In this document: positions 1 through 8,849 of the stretch, piece by piece
Position numbering within the stretch: the first letter of the stretch is position 1
Layout: every line of letters starts with the position of its first letter
Source of the DNA: Nitrospirota bacterium
Lineage (GTDB): Bacteria > Nitrospirota > Thermodesulfovibrionia > Thermodesulfovibrionales > Dissulfurispiraceae
Length of the DNA stretch: 64,000 bases
Direction of reading: 5' to 3'
Assembly (NCBI GenBank): GCA_037441185.1
Contig: JBBISP010000005.1
Span: forward strand, 5,889 to 69,888
Position numbers and translations under genes: made by a program
Notes under the pieces: generated by a model
What the model was told of the DNA's origin: nothing
Seen by the model: the letters and a program-made list of their open reading frames with translations, nothing else
Databases searched by the model: none

Positions 1-167
1 GCCATGCTTTTTATGCCCAATTTCTCAAGTTCCGCTGCCGCTTCCTTTGCTATATCAAGATTAACATCCACAACCACGATATTAACGCCTGCCCCTGCAA
101 GAGACTCTGCTATTGCCTTGCCTATGCCTCGGCCTCCGCCGGTTATTATTGCTGTATGCCCTTTCAT
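1..167 (-). CDS. Short-chain dehydrogenase/reductase (FabG-like), N-terminal fragment running off the window edge
   Basis: Not in the ORF track because it is truncated. Minus-strand translation from the ATG at 167 gives MKGHTAIITGGGRGIGKAIAESLAGAGVNIVVVDVNLDIAKEAAAELEKLGIKSMA, with the TGxxxGIG Rossmann motif of classical SDRs. Confidence 0.75.
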   Translation of the reverse strand, partial: MKGHTAIITGGGRGIGKAIAESLAGAGVNIVVVDVNLDIAKEAAAELEKLGIKSM

Positions 168-220
168 GCCTCTTTTACCCCCGGATCAAAAAGTCGGCTA
201 TCATTGTATCAGAGAATTGT

Positions 221-288
221 ATTCATTTTCCAGTCATTTTTTCAATTTCACTTTCATTGACACTTATTCATTTTCCTGTTATATTTTT
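221..288. repeat. Two copies of a ~22-nt direct repeat (ATTCATTTTCC[A/T]GT[C/T]AT[T/A]TTTT) in the divergent SDR/glgC intergenic region
   Basis: Copies at 221..242 and 266..288, 45 nt apart, read directly from the sequence. Confidence 0.8.
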
Positions 289-449
289 CTTATAAAGCAT
301 ACATGTCTTAAAAAGACACAAAAGGCTATAAAAATCTCCACTAATCCCTTTTTTTCAAAGAGGGGGACTTTAAATATATGTATTCCTCTCTTTAGCAAAG
401 GGGGGCGAGAGGGAATTTTAAGGTGAAAAGGTTCGGAAAGAGAAATAAT

Positions 450-1679
450 ATGACTGATGTCCTCGCGATTATACTTGCTGGCGGCAAGGGAGAGCGCCTG
501 CATCCGCTAACTATTCACAGGGCAAAGCCTGCTGTGCCATTCGGGGGTAAATACAGGATTATAGATTTTACTCTCAGCAACTGCATCAACTCCAATATAC
601 GGAAAATGGCAGTAATTACACAGTACAAGTCTCTCTCTCTTGACAGGCATCTTGCCCTGGGTTGGCAGCATCTTTTCAATGCCGAATTCGACGAGTTTTT
701 TATCTCGATTCCGCCCCAGCAAAGAGTTGGAGAAAGTTGGTACACAGGCACAGCAGATGCTGTATATCAGAACATCTATTTTATAGAAAAAGAAGAAACC
801 CCTTATCTTTTCATGCTATCAGGAGATCATATATATAAAATGGATTATTCAGAAATGCTCGCATTCCATAAAGAAAAAGGCGCAATCGGAACAATTGCGG
901 CAATAGAGATTAGCAGCAAGATTGCATCTTCCTTTGGCATTATGAATGTGGACAGTGATTTAAGGATTATAGGATTTGAGGAAAAGCCAAAAAAACCCAA
1001 GACAATACCGGGCATGCCGGAAATGTGTCTTGCATCGATGGGCGTTTATGTTTTTAATACAGATGCGATTATAGAAGAACTCAAAGCAGATGCTGGAAAA
1101 AAAGAATCATCTCATGACTTTGGCAAGGACATCATACCTGATATGATTAAAACAGGAAAAATCTATGCTTATAATTTTAAGGATGAAAATAAGAAAGAGG
1201 CAAAATACTGGAGGGATGTCGGCACAATAGACGCATACTGGGATGCAAACATGGATATCGTCTCTGTTGACCCGATGCTTAATTTATATGATAAAGATTG
1301 GCCAATAAGGACATACATATGCCAGAATCCGCCTGCCAAATTCGTATTTGCCCAGGAACAAAAAAGCGGAAGGCTCGGAATAGCCCTTGATTCTATTGTC
1401 TGTGACGGATGTATAATAAGCGGTGGAAGGGTTCAAAATTCTATTCTATCTCCAAATGTGAGGATAAACAGTTGGTCAACTGTAAAAGAATCCATTCTCA
1501 TGGAAAATGTAGAGATAGGAAGATATGCAAAAATAAAAAGGGCAATTATAGACAAAGATGTATATATACCGCCTGAAACAGTAATCGGATATAATCTAAA
1601 TGAAGACAAGAAAAAATTTCATGTAAGTCCAAATGGCATAGTCGTCATACCAAAGGGGACAGATTTTAGAAAACTGTAA
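450..1679 (+). CDS. glgC: Glucose-1-phosphate adenylyltransferase
   Basis: N-terminus MTDVLAIILAGGKGERLHPLTIHRAKPAVPFGGKYRIIDFTLSNCINS is the canonical GlgC nucleotide-binding region, and the length is typical. The ORF track opens at a GTG at 423; the ATG at 450 fits the family N-terminus better. Confidence 0.93.
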   Translation: MTDVLAIILAGGKGERLHPLTIHRAKPAVPFGGKYRIIDFTLSNCINSNIRKMAVITQYKSLSLDRHLALGWQHLFNAEFDEFFISIPPQQRVGESWYTGTADAVYQNIYFIEKEETPYLFMLSGDHIYKMDYSEMLAFHKEKGAIGTIAAIEISSKIASSFGIMNVDSDLRIIGFEEKPKKPKTIPGMPEMCLASMGVYVFNTDAIIEELKADAGKKESSHDFGKDIIPDMIKTGKIYAYNFKDENKKEAKYWRDVGTIDAYWDANMDIVSVDPMLNLYDKDWPIRTYICQNPPAKFVFAQEQKSGRLGIALDSIVCDGCIISGGRVQNSILSPNVRINSWSTVKESILMENVEIGRYAKIKRAIIDKDVYIPPETVIGYNLNEDKKKFHVSPNGIVVIPKGTDFRKL

Positions 1680-1683
1680 ATTG

Positions 1684-1706
1684 GCTGATAGCTCATAGCT
1701 GATAGC
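1684..1706. repeat. Heptad-periodic tandem repeat GCTGATA-GCTCATA-GCTGATA-GC just after the glgC stop
   Basis: Read directly. It is followed by an A-run and the 10-nt palindrome AATAGCTATT. Confidence 0.8.
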
Positions 1707-1725
1707 AAAAAAACAATAGCTATTC

Positions 1726-2160
1726 ATGCGCCATGAACTAATAAGAAAAATATATACACTTGGAACAAGCAGGCGAAGCGAGGAGGATTTTATTGAGATA
1801 CTCCTCGCTTATGATATAAAAACAGTTATTGATGTTAGACGTTTTCCCAAAAGCAAGATACAGGCATTTACAAAAGATTATCTCAAAGATCTGTTAAAAA
1901 AAGAGGGGATAATTTACATTTTTTTAGGTCTTGAACTCGGTGGATTCAGAAAAGGCGGATATGAAGCCTATTGCACTACTGAAGAATTCAAGAATGGCAT
2001 TGATAAACTCGAAAATGCCATTCTTGATACCGCAGCAATAATATGCGCTGAAAAATTTCCATGGAAATGCCACAGGAGATGGATAGCAAGAGAACTGCAT
2101 AGAAGGGGTTGGCTGATAGAGCATATAATAGACAAAGGAAAGGTATGGGTGCCAAAATGA
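1726..2160 (+). CDS. DUF488 family protein
   Basis: The N-terminal IYTLGTSRRSEEDFIEIL...IKTVIDVRRFPKSK pattern is typical of DUF488. Its stop overlaps the ligase start (ATGA). Confidence 0.8.
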   Translation: MRHELIRKIYTLGTSRRSEEDFIEILLAYDIKTVIDVRRFPKSKIQAFTKDYLKDLLKKEGIIYIFLGLELGGFRKGGYEAYCTTEEFKNGIDKLENAILDTAAIICAEKFPWKCHRRWIARELHRRGWLIEHIIDKGKVWVPK

Positions 2161-3881
2161 AATTCAAAAAACTCGTTGAATATTTCGAAAGGCTTGAGGA
2201 AACTACAAAACGCCTTGAGATGTTTGATATTCTTGCAGAACTCTTTAAAGAGGCCTCTGCAGAGGATATAGACAAGATAATATATCTGAGTCAAGGGCAG
2301 CTTTTGCCGCCATTTCAAGGTCTCGAAATAGGCATATCAGAAAAGCTTCTTATACGGGCAATATCTAATGCAACAGAAACGGCTACAAAAAAAGTGGAGC
2401 AGATATTCAGGCAAACAGGCGACCTTGGAAAAACAGCAGAAGAATTAAACAAGAGAAAAGGCTATGACCTGACAGCGAAACAGGTTTACGAAGAACTCAC
2501 GGACATAGCACAGACAGCAGGGCATGGAAGCGTAGAAAAAAAGATAGGCCTCCTTTCAAACCTTTTCAAAGGCGTCTCTCCAAAGGAAGCAAAATATATT
2601 GCAAGATTCGTAATAGGAAGATTACGGCTTGGAATAGGGGACCCAACAGTATTGGAGGCGCTTGCCCTGAGCATAGGAGATCGGCAACTGAGGCCTGAGC
2701 TTGAAAGGGCATACAATTTATGTTCTGATTTGGGTCTTGTTGCAAAGGCGCTTCTTGAAAATGGCATAGAAGGAGTCAAAAAATTTAAAATTCAGGTCGG
2801 CTATCCCATAAGAATGGCGTTGTGCGAAAGGCTGTCATCATCCGAAGATATTATTCAGAAAATCGGCAAGGCAGCAATCGAAGCGAAATATGACGGATTC
2901 AGGGTTCAATGCCATAAAGATGATGATAAAGTGGAGTTGTTTTCGAGAAATCTGGAAAAGACTACTCACATGTTTCCTGAGATTATAATGGCAATGAAAA
3001 AATTCATTAATGCTGACAGTGCGATCATAGAAGGCGAGGCTTTGGCTTATGATGAAGCAACCGGAGAATTATTCCCATTTCAGGTAACAATTCAGCGTAA
3101 AAGAAAACACGGCATAGAGGAGCTTTCAAAGGAACTCCCATTAAAATTCTTTGTTTTCGATCTGCTCTATCTGGACGGCGTCGATTACACAGAAAAGTCT
3201 TTTTTACAAAGAAGAAAACGGCTCGAAGCCATAATCAAAAAGAACAACATCATCGAGCCATCAGAGATGTTTATCACAGACAACCCGTCAGAGATATTCA
3301 AATACTTTGAAAGAGCTGTAGAAAGAGGACTTGAAGGAGTTGTTGCTAAACGTCTTGACACCCCCTACTCTGCCGGCGCAAGGAACTTTAACTGGATCAA
3401 ACTCAAGAGGAGCTACAAAGGAGAGCTCTCAGATACGATAGATGTCTGCATAGTTGGATATTTTGGCGGAAAGGGGGCAAGGGCTAAATTCGGCATAGGA
3501 GCGCTTTTAGGGGCAGTTTATGAGCCTGAAACAGACACATTTAAGACCGTAAGCAAGATAGGCTCAGGGTTTAAAGAAGATGAATTTATTGAACTTAAAA
3601 ATATTCTCGATGAAATTTCGATCAAACACAAACATCCGAGAGTTGATTCGCTAATGGATGCTGATGTATGGGTTGAACCTAAATATGTTATTACTGTTAT
3701 GGCGGATGAGATAACCAGATCTCCAACACATACCGCTGGAAAAGATAAAGAAGATATTGGCTATGCTCTAAGATTTCCAAGATCAACAGGTTTTATTAGA
3801 TTTGACAAAAGAGCAGAAGATGCAAATAGCGTAAAAGAGATTATCGAAATGTTCAAACAGCAGAAACAGGTGAGCATATAG
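2157..3881 (+). CDS. ATP-dependent DNA ligase, long archaeal/eukaryotic-like form with an N-terminal DNA-binding domain
   Basis: Adenylation motif I EAKYDGFR (KxDG), followed by EGEALAYD, FVFDLLYLDG, LEGVVAK and WIKLK motifs. Preferred start is the ATG at 2157 (MKFKKLVEYFERLE), which overlaps the DUF488 stop. Confidence 0.9.
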   Translation: MKFKKLVEYFERLEETTKRLEMFDILAELFKEASAEDIDKIIYLSQGQLLPPFQGLEIGISEKLLIRAISNATETATKKVEQIFRQTGDLGKTAEELNKRKGYDLTAKQVYEELTDIAQTAGHGSVEKKIGLLSNLFKGVSPKEAKYIARFVIGRLRLGIGDPTVLEALALSIGDRQLRPELERAYNLCSDLGLVAKALLENGIEGVKKFKIQVGYPIRMALCERLSSSEDIIQKIGKAAIEAKYDGFRVQCHKDDDKVELFSRNLEKTTHMFPEIIMAMKKFINADSAIIEGEALAYDEATGELFPFQVTIQRKRKHGIEELSKELPLKFFVFDLLYLDGVDYTEKSFLQRRKRLEAIIKKNNIIEPSEMFITDNPSEIFKYFERAVERGLEGVVAKRLDTPYSAGARNFNWIKLKRSYKGELSDTIDVCIVGYFGGKGARAKFGIGALLGAVYEPETDTFKTVSKIGSGFKEDEFIELKNILDEISIKHKHPRVDSLMDADVWVEPKYVITVMADEITRSPTHTAGKDKEDIGYALRFPRSTGFIRFDKRAEDANSVKEIIEMFKQQKQVSI

Positions 3882-3890
3882 TTTTTTATA

Positions 3891-4679
3891 TTATTTCATT
3901 TCCTGAACGGGCTTATTAGATGGATACATAAGTATTATGCTTATCCTCCTGTTTTTTGGATCATTAGGATTGTCCTTTACAAAGGGTTCTGTGGCTGCAT
4001 AACCAGCTACCCTCGAAAGTCTGTCGGGATTTAGTCCGTTATTTTCGAGCTCCCTTCTTGCAGCAGATGCCCTGTCTGTTGATAGTTCCCAATTGGTATA
4101 TTTATTTGACGAATAACTAATAGCGTCTGTATGTCCCTCGATAGATACTTTGTTTTCAATGCCCTTCACATTTTCTGCTATAACATTCAATATCTTTTTG
4201 GCATTTGAACTTAAATTTGCGCTGCCGAGGGCAAACAACGGATTGCCTTCTTTGTCAACCATCTGTATCCTCACGCCTCCTTCAAACATATCAACAATTA
4301 TCTGATCCTTGACATCAGCTAATTTTGCTTCTATCTCCCTTTTGAGCATTTCTCTTAAATCCTCCTTGCTCATAATATCCGAATTGCTTTCACCAAATTC
4401 CTGCGGCACCTTAGACGACTCCCCGCCAGACTCCTTCATTATTTCGGAATTATCCTCCATAAAAGAAGACCCGCTCTGGTCAAAGAGGCTGAAGTGTTTA
4501 TAATATGCCGCAATCCTCGCCCTCTTCTCTGGAGATACCATAGTTACAAGCCACATGACAAGGAAAAATGCCATCAGAGCTGTAACAAAATCTGCAAACG
4601 CTACTTTCCAGCTTCCACCGTGATGGCCTGCAGCAGATTGTTTTTTAATCTTTTTAATAATAATCTTCTGCTCTTTCAC
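3891..4679 (-). CDS. motB: Flagellar stator protein MotB (stator set 1)
   Basis: Single TM segment with the conserved Asp (WKVAFADFVTALMAFFLVMW) and a C-terminal OmpA-like peptidoglycan-binding domain (IEGHTD...NWELSTDRASAARR...NRRISI). ATGA overlap with motA. Confidence 0.9.
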   Translation of the reverse strand: MKEQKIIIKKIKKQSAAGHHGGSWKVAFADFVTALMAFFLVMWLVTMVSPEKRARIAAYYKHFSLFDQSGSSFMEDNSEIMKESGGESSKVPQEFGESNSDIMSKEDLREMLKREIEAKLADVKDQIIVDMFEGGVRIQMVDKEGNPLFALGSANLSSNAKKILNVIAENVKGIENKVSIEGHTDAISYSSNKYTNWELSTDRASAARRELENNGLNPDRLSRVAGYAATEPFVKDNPNDPKNRRISIILMYPSNKPVQEMK

Positions 4680-5530
4680 TTTGCCTTTTTCATCTCTTTC
4701 TCGAGATCTTCAAAGGATGGTTTGCATTCGCCTGAAATAGCCCTTCTGGCGAACTCAACCGCCATCTGGGGCGCAGCGCCGCCAACAAATGCCACAAGAG
4801 CCACCTTTATGACCTGAAGATATGCGGTATTTTCTCTTGATCTGTGTTCCATATTAGCTGCTATAGGGCCAACAAATCCGTAGCACATCATTACCCCAAG
4901 GAATGTTCCAACAAGAGCATGGGCAACGCTATAGCCAATCACAGCAGGGGGTTGATCAATCTTGCCCATTGTAATAACGATTCCCAGAACTGCAGCAACA
5001 ATTCCAAGACCAGGCAGGCCGTCAGCTACTTTGGAGACACTATGAGACGGTATCATTGATTCATGATGATGCGCTTCTATCTCAAGATCCAATAAGCTGT
5101 CAAGCTCATGCGGCGGAACATTTGTTGACACCATTACCTTAAGATTGTCACATATAAAATTAACAGCATGATGATTCTTCATAACACCGCTGTGCTTATT
5201 GAAGATGCCGCTCTTATATGGGTTTTCTATATCTGCTTCTATTGATATAAGCCCCTCTTTCCTGATCTTAGAAAATATCCTGTAAAGAAGTGAAAGAATA
5301 TCCAGATAATCTGCCTTGCTATATCCCTTTGAGCTGATAATTAATGGCAACTCCTTAAAAACTGCTGATATGACCTTTGGAGGAGAAGCTATAAAAAATG
5401 CGCCTGCAGCGGCTCCAAAAATAACTATAAACTCTGCAGGCACAAAAAGAACATGGAGGTTGCCGCCTGCCATTAAAAACCCTCCTATAACAGCGCCCAA
5501 AACAACGAATATGCCTATAATTACAAACAT
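4676..5530 (-). CDS. motA: Flagellar stator protein MotA (long type, stator set 1)
   Basis: 284 aa, four TM segments with a large cytoplasmic loop. MotA/TolQ/ExbB channel signature PGLGIVAAVLGIVITMG. Confidence 0.92.
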   Translation of the reverse strand: MFVIIGIFVVLGAVIGGFLMAGGNLHVLFVPAEFIVIFGAAAGAFFIASPPKVISAVFKELPLIISSKGYSKADYLDILSLLYRIFSKIRKEGLISIEADIENPYKSGIFNKHSGVMKNHHAVNFICDNLKVMVSTNVPPHELDSLLDLEIEAHHHESMIPSHSVSKVADGLPGLGIVAAVLGIVITMGKIDQPPAVIGYSVAHALVGTFLGVMMCYGFVGPIAANMEHRSRENTAYLQVIKVALVAFVGGAAPQMAVEFARRAISGECKPSFEDLEKEMKKAK

Positions 5531-5539
5531 CTTTATCCC

Positions 5540-6625
5540 TCATGCCCCTGCATTTGCAGGCAGGTTAATTGTAAATGTTGTCCCTTCGTTCTCTTTGCTC
5601 TCAACATTTATTGTTCCTCCATGTTCAGCAATTATGCTGTAAGCTACTGAAAGTCCAAGCCCTGTGCCTTTGTTAACAGGCTTGGTGGTAAAGAATGGGT
5701 CAAATATTGTCGTAAGATCTTTATCCTGAATGCCAATGCCGTTGTCAGAGATTTTTACTATTATTTTCTTATTATCATTATCATACTGTGTAAAAATAAC
5801 AATTCTGCCGTCTTCTTTTTTTTCTATTACAGCATCCTCTGCATTCAATATTATATTCATAATTACCTGCTGCATTTGCTGCATATCAAGATATGCAAAT
5901 GGGATATTGCTGTCAAAATTCTTTACAACTTCGATATTGTTTGTCCTTAGCCTGTATGCCCTCAGGTCAAGAGTGCTTTCAATAATGCTGTTTATATTCG
6001 CAATGCCCTTCTGCGGCGCCTGCTGCCGAGCAAAACAGAGAAGGCTTTCCACTATCTTTTTGCATCTTTCAGCCGCTGTATGTATTTTTTTCAGTTCACT
6101 TTTTATAGACTCATTTTTTACCTTCATGTCGAGCAGTTCCGTATATCCCAGTATCCCGGTAAGAGGATTATTGATTTCATGCGCAACCCCTGATACAAGC
6201 AGTCCAAGAGATATGAGTTTATCTGAATGATAAAGCTTGTCCCGCAATCTTTTGATCTCAGTGACATCCTGCATAATGCATATAAACTCCCTGTCATCTT
6301 TCGTCATAGCTGAAAATACGCTGAGTATATAAGTCCTGTCAGCTATCTGGACTTCATCAGACACAGGCATTCCTGATGCAATTGCGGTCTTTATCATACT
6401 GTCTCTATGCGGCACATCCATTCCGCAGAGTTCATGTAAGTTCATGCCAACAATCTCACGAGGATGTTTATTAAACCTCTGGGCAAAGGATTTATTGGCC
6501 TTCACAATAACGCCTTTTGCATTTATAACAAAAATATAATTCGTTATTGCATCGATTATTGCGCGCCACTTCTTTTGACTTTCGAGTATTCCTTCCATAT
6601 ACATCTCTTTTACCTGTTCAATCAT
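5540..6625 (-). CDS. Cytoplasmic PAS-domain sensor histidine kinase
   Basis: No TM segment. PAS-like N-terminus, H-box VSGVAHEINNPLTGILGY, and HATPase N/G boxes (NAEDA, DNGIGI, GTGLGLS). Sits between the two stator pairs. Confidence 0.85.
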   Translation of the reverse strand: MIEQVKEMYMEGILESQKKWRAIIDAITNYIFVINAKGVIVKANKSFAQRFNKHPREIVGMNLHELCGMDVPHRDSMIKTAIASGMPVSDEVQIADRTYILSVFSAMTKDDREFICIMQDVTEIKRLRDKLYHSDKLISLGLLVSGVAHEINNPLTGILGYTELLDMKVKNESIKSELKKIHTAAERCKKIVESLLCFARQQAPQKGIANINSIIESTLDLRAYRLRTNNIEVVKNFDSNIPFAYLDMQQMQQVIMNIILNAEDAVIEKKEDGRIVIFTQYDNDNKKIIVKISDNGIGIQDKDLTTIFDPFFTTKPVNKGTGLGLSVAYSIIAEHGGTINVESKENEGTTFTINLPANAGA

Positions 6626-6630
6626 CTATC

Positions 6631-7326
6631 TTATCCCCCCTTACTATCGTGATTCAGAACTACAATATCCACCCTCCTGTTTTTTGCCCTGCCCTGAGGG
6701 GTTTCATTAGATGCTACGGGTTTAAACTCTGCATATCCGGCAATAGAAAATCTTTCAGGAGGGAGATTGTAATTTCTTATTAAATAGCTTAACACATTCG
6801 CTGCCCTCAGTGTCGAGAGTTCCCAGTTTGATCGAAACAGGCTGCTCCTGATAGGAAGATTGTCTGTATGTCCTTCTATAGAAATATGATGCGGGATATT
6901 TTTGATGATTGATGCAATTGGCGTGAGCGCTGAAACAGCAGACTCCTTTATAATCGCTTGCCCTGCATCAAAAAGAATACTGTCGCCAAAGGATATTACA
7001 ACACCCCTTTCATCCCTTTTAACTGATGCATAACCATTTGCAGCTAATGCGTCAACAGCCTTCCTTAATTCTGTTTCTACTGCTGTAAAATTATCATATA
7101 CAGGCGCAATCTCTTCAATTACCTGAATTTTTTCTCCAGCGCTATAATTATTAAATGCATCTTTTGTAGAATCAGCAAACTTTTCGAGCTTGCCTGCATC
7201 TACATGGCTTATGGCATACATAACTGCAAAGAATGCAAAAAGAAGGGTGATAAAATCAGCATATGAGACCATCCATCTTTCTGTATTATCATGTTCTTCT
7301 ATCTTAAGTTTATTTCTCATCTTCAT
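6631..7326 (-). CDS. MotB/PomB/MotS-family stator protein (stator set 2)
   Basis: TM segment with the conserved Asp (WMVSYADFITLLFAFFAVMY) and an OmpA-like C-terminus (IEGHTDN...NWELSTLRAANV...NRRVDIVV). Confidence 0.87.
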   Translation of the reverse strand: MKMRNKLKIEEHDNTERWMVSYADFITLLFAFFAVMYAISHVDAGKLEKFADSTKDAFNNYSAGEKIQVIEEIAPVYDNFTAVETELRKAVDALAANGYASVKRDERGVVISFGDSILFDAGQAIIKESAVSALTPIASIIKNIPHHISIEGHTDNLPIRSSLFRSNWELSTLRAANVLSYLIRNYNLPPERFSIAGYAEFKPVASNETPQGRAKNRRVDIVVLNHDSKGG

Positions 7327-7332
7327 CGCCTT

Positions 7333-8082
7333 TTAGTCTTTTTTTTCCATAAAAACCCTCAGTTTCTCCTCAAGATCATAAGGGTTTATTCCAGATTGAA
7401 TTCCTACTACTCCCTCGATTATCATCTCTCTGCGAACTATTTCATGGCTTAGCCGGCTTATCAACTTTTTTGATATTGGCAGCAGTATCAGATTTGCTGA
7501 GCCAATGCCATAGACCGTAGCTACAAAAGCAACTGCTATGCCTGAACCGAGTTTGGAAGGATCAGAGAGATTCTCCATCACATGTATGAGCCCGATAACA
7601 GCCCCGATTATCCCTATTGTTGGCGCAAAGCCTCCAGCAGTCTCAAAGACCTTTGCTATTCTTTTTTTTTCTTCTCCATAGGTGATATTGTTTTGCTCCA
7701 GAGTATCTCTTAACATCTTTACCCCCATGCCATTAATTGCAAGTCTCAGGGCATCTCTGAGAAAGTCGTCATCGATTTCTAAAATCTCATGTTCCAATGC
7801 AATTAATCCCTTTCTTCTGGCTACTATAGAATATTTAACAAGACTGCTTATAATCATCTCTAAATCCATTTTCTTGTCTGAAAAAACATCTTTAAGCGAG
7901 GAAAAAGCCTTCATAATATCACTGAAAGAAACGCTTAGAAGCGTGGCACCGAGAGTCCCTCCAAATACTATAACTGCTGCAGTCGGCTGCAAAATTGTGC
8001 TTAACCTGCCGCCCTCAGCAATGCTTCCACCTGCAATCGCAGATATTCCAAGAACAATCCCTATAAGGCTTGCACGGTCCAT
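7333..8082 (-). CDS. MotA/PomA/MotP-family stator protein (short type, stator set 2)
   Basis: 249 aa with the short-type architecture. Channel signature FAPTIGIIGAVIGLIHVM. Its start overlaps the PilZ gene stop by 1 nt (TAATG). Confidence 0.88.
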   Translation of the reverse strand: MDRASLIGIVLGISAIAGGSIAEGGRLSTILQPTAAVIVFGGTLGATLLSVSFSDIMKAFSSLKDVFSDKKMDLEMIISSLVKYSIVARRKGLIALEHEILEIDDDFLRDALRLAINGMGVKMLRDTLEQNNITYGEEKKRIAKVFETAGGFAPTIGIIGAVIGLIHVMENLSDPSKLGSGIAVAFVATVYGIGSANLILLPISKKLISRLSHEIVRREMIIEGVVGIQSGINPYDLEEKLRVFMEKKD

Positions 8083-8849
8083 TAAATATCATTTCCAGTT
8101 TCATTTTTATGTTTCTTTATAATTTCCCTTTGGCGATTGATGGTATAGCGAATTATCTCCTCCCTCACATCGTCATTCATATGAGAGAAAATTAAAGCAA
8201 TATCGTATTTGTCATCATCGATAACATCGACCCTTACAACATTGCTGTATGCGACTATTCCTGTAGGAGGATGCGTGGGCAAAAGCATCTTGACCTCAAC
8301 AACATCATCCTTTTTGAGCTTTTCATTTGCTACAAATCGCATGCCTGATGCGCTTATATTAACCCTTGATGGCTCGATCTTTACAAGCCCTTCGCTTTCT
8401 AAATGTAAATGTTCTATTATCATCCCTAATTTTCTGTTAATATCGAGAAGCATTTTCCATAATGACGGATTTATTGTTTCATTTTGCAGATCAGCATCAA
8501 GCAGTTCAGCATCATATTGATGTTCCAGCAATATCTTCGCTCCCTTAAATGCAGATTCGCTGCCTACTTTCTTAGAGGCAACAGGGAATACATCATCTAC
8601 TCTAAAATATTGTCGTCTTTCAGAGAACATGGGTTTCAATACAATAGTCCGATCTTTCACCTCTATAACTTCTGTGTAATGATATCCATCATCTGTTGTA
8701 ATAACAAGGAATTGTCCGTTTTTAACATCAGGCATATTGTCAGCTTGCAGCACGATGCTGTTAGCATCGTTGGCAACAATAGTAGCCTTATGTTTTGTTA
8801 TGTCAGATGTTGACTTGTAATAAATATCTTTTCCTGCATTAAGTTTCAT
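8082..8849 (-). CDS. YcgR-like PilZ-domain c-di-GMP receptor
   Basis: RRQYFR (RxxxR) and NISASG (D/NxSxxG) c-di-GMP-binding motifs, with an N-terminal beta-rich PilZN-like region. Preferred start is the ATG at 8849 (MKLNAGKD), preceded by a purine-rich Shine-Dalgarno-like stretch (GGAAAGGGAAAAGG). The ORF-track start at 8888 would overlap the upstream gene. Confidence 0.8.
   Translation of the reverse strand: MKLNAGKDIYYKSTSDITKHKATIVANDANSIVLQADNMPDVKNGQFLVITTDDGYHYTEVIEVKDRTIVLKPMFSERRQYFRVDDVFPVASKKVGSESAFKGAKILLEHQYDAELLDADLQNETINPSLWKMLLDINRKLGMIIEHLHLESEGLVKIEPSRVNISASGMRFVANEKLKKDDVVEVKMLLPTHPPTGIVAYSNVVRVDVIDDDKYDIALIFSHMNDDVREEIIRYTINRQREIIKKHKNETGNDI

Noticed and set aside
4-426. 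140-aa plus-strand ORF at the left edge
   Set aside because: Its first part is the antisense shadow of a clear SDR N-terminus on the minus strand (TGGGRGIG motif). The rest runs through AT-rich intergenic DNA. It has no RBS and its composition is not protein-like.
3882-3890. Only 9 nt separate the convergent stops of the ligase gene and motB, with no terminator
   Set aside because: This is real and slightly odd, since it implies convergent transcripts overlapping. It is most simply explained by termination within or beyond the opposing gene, and it cannot be tested from sequence alone.
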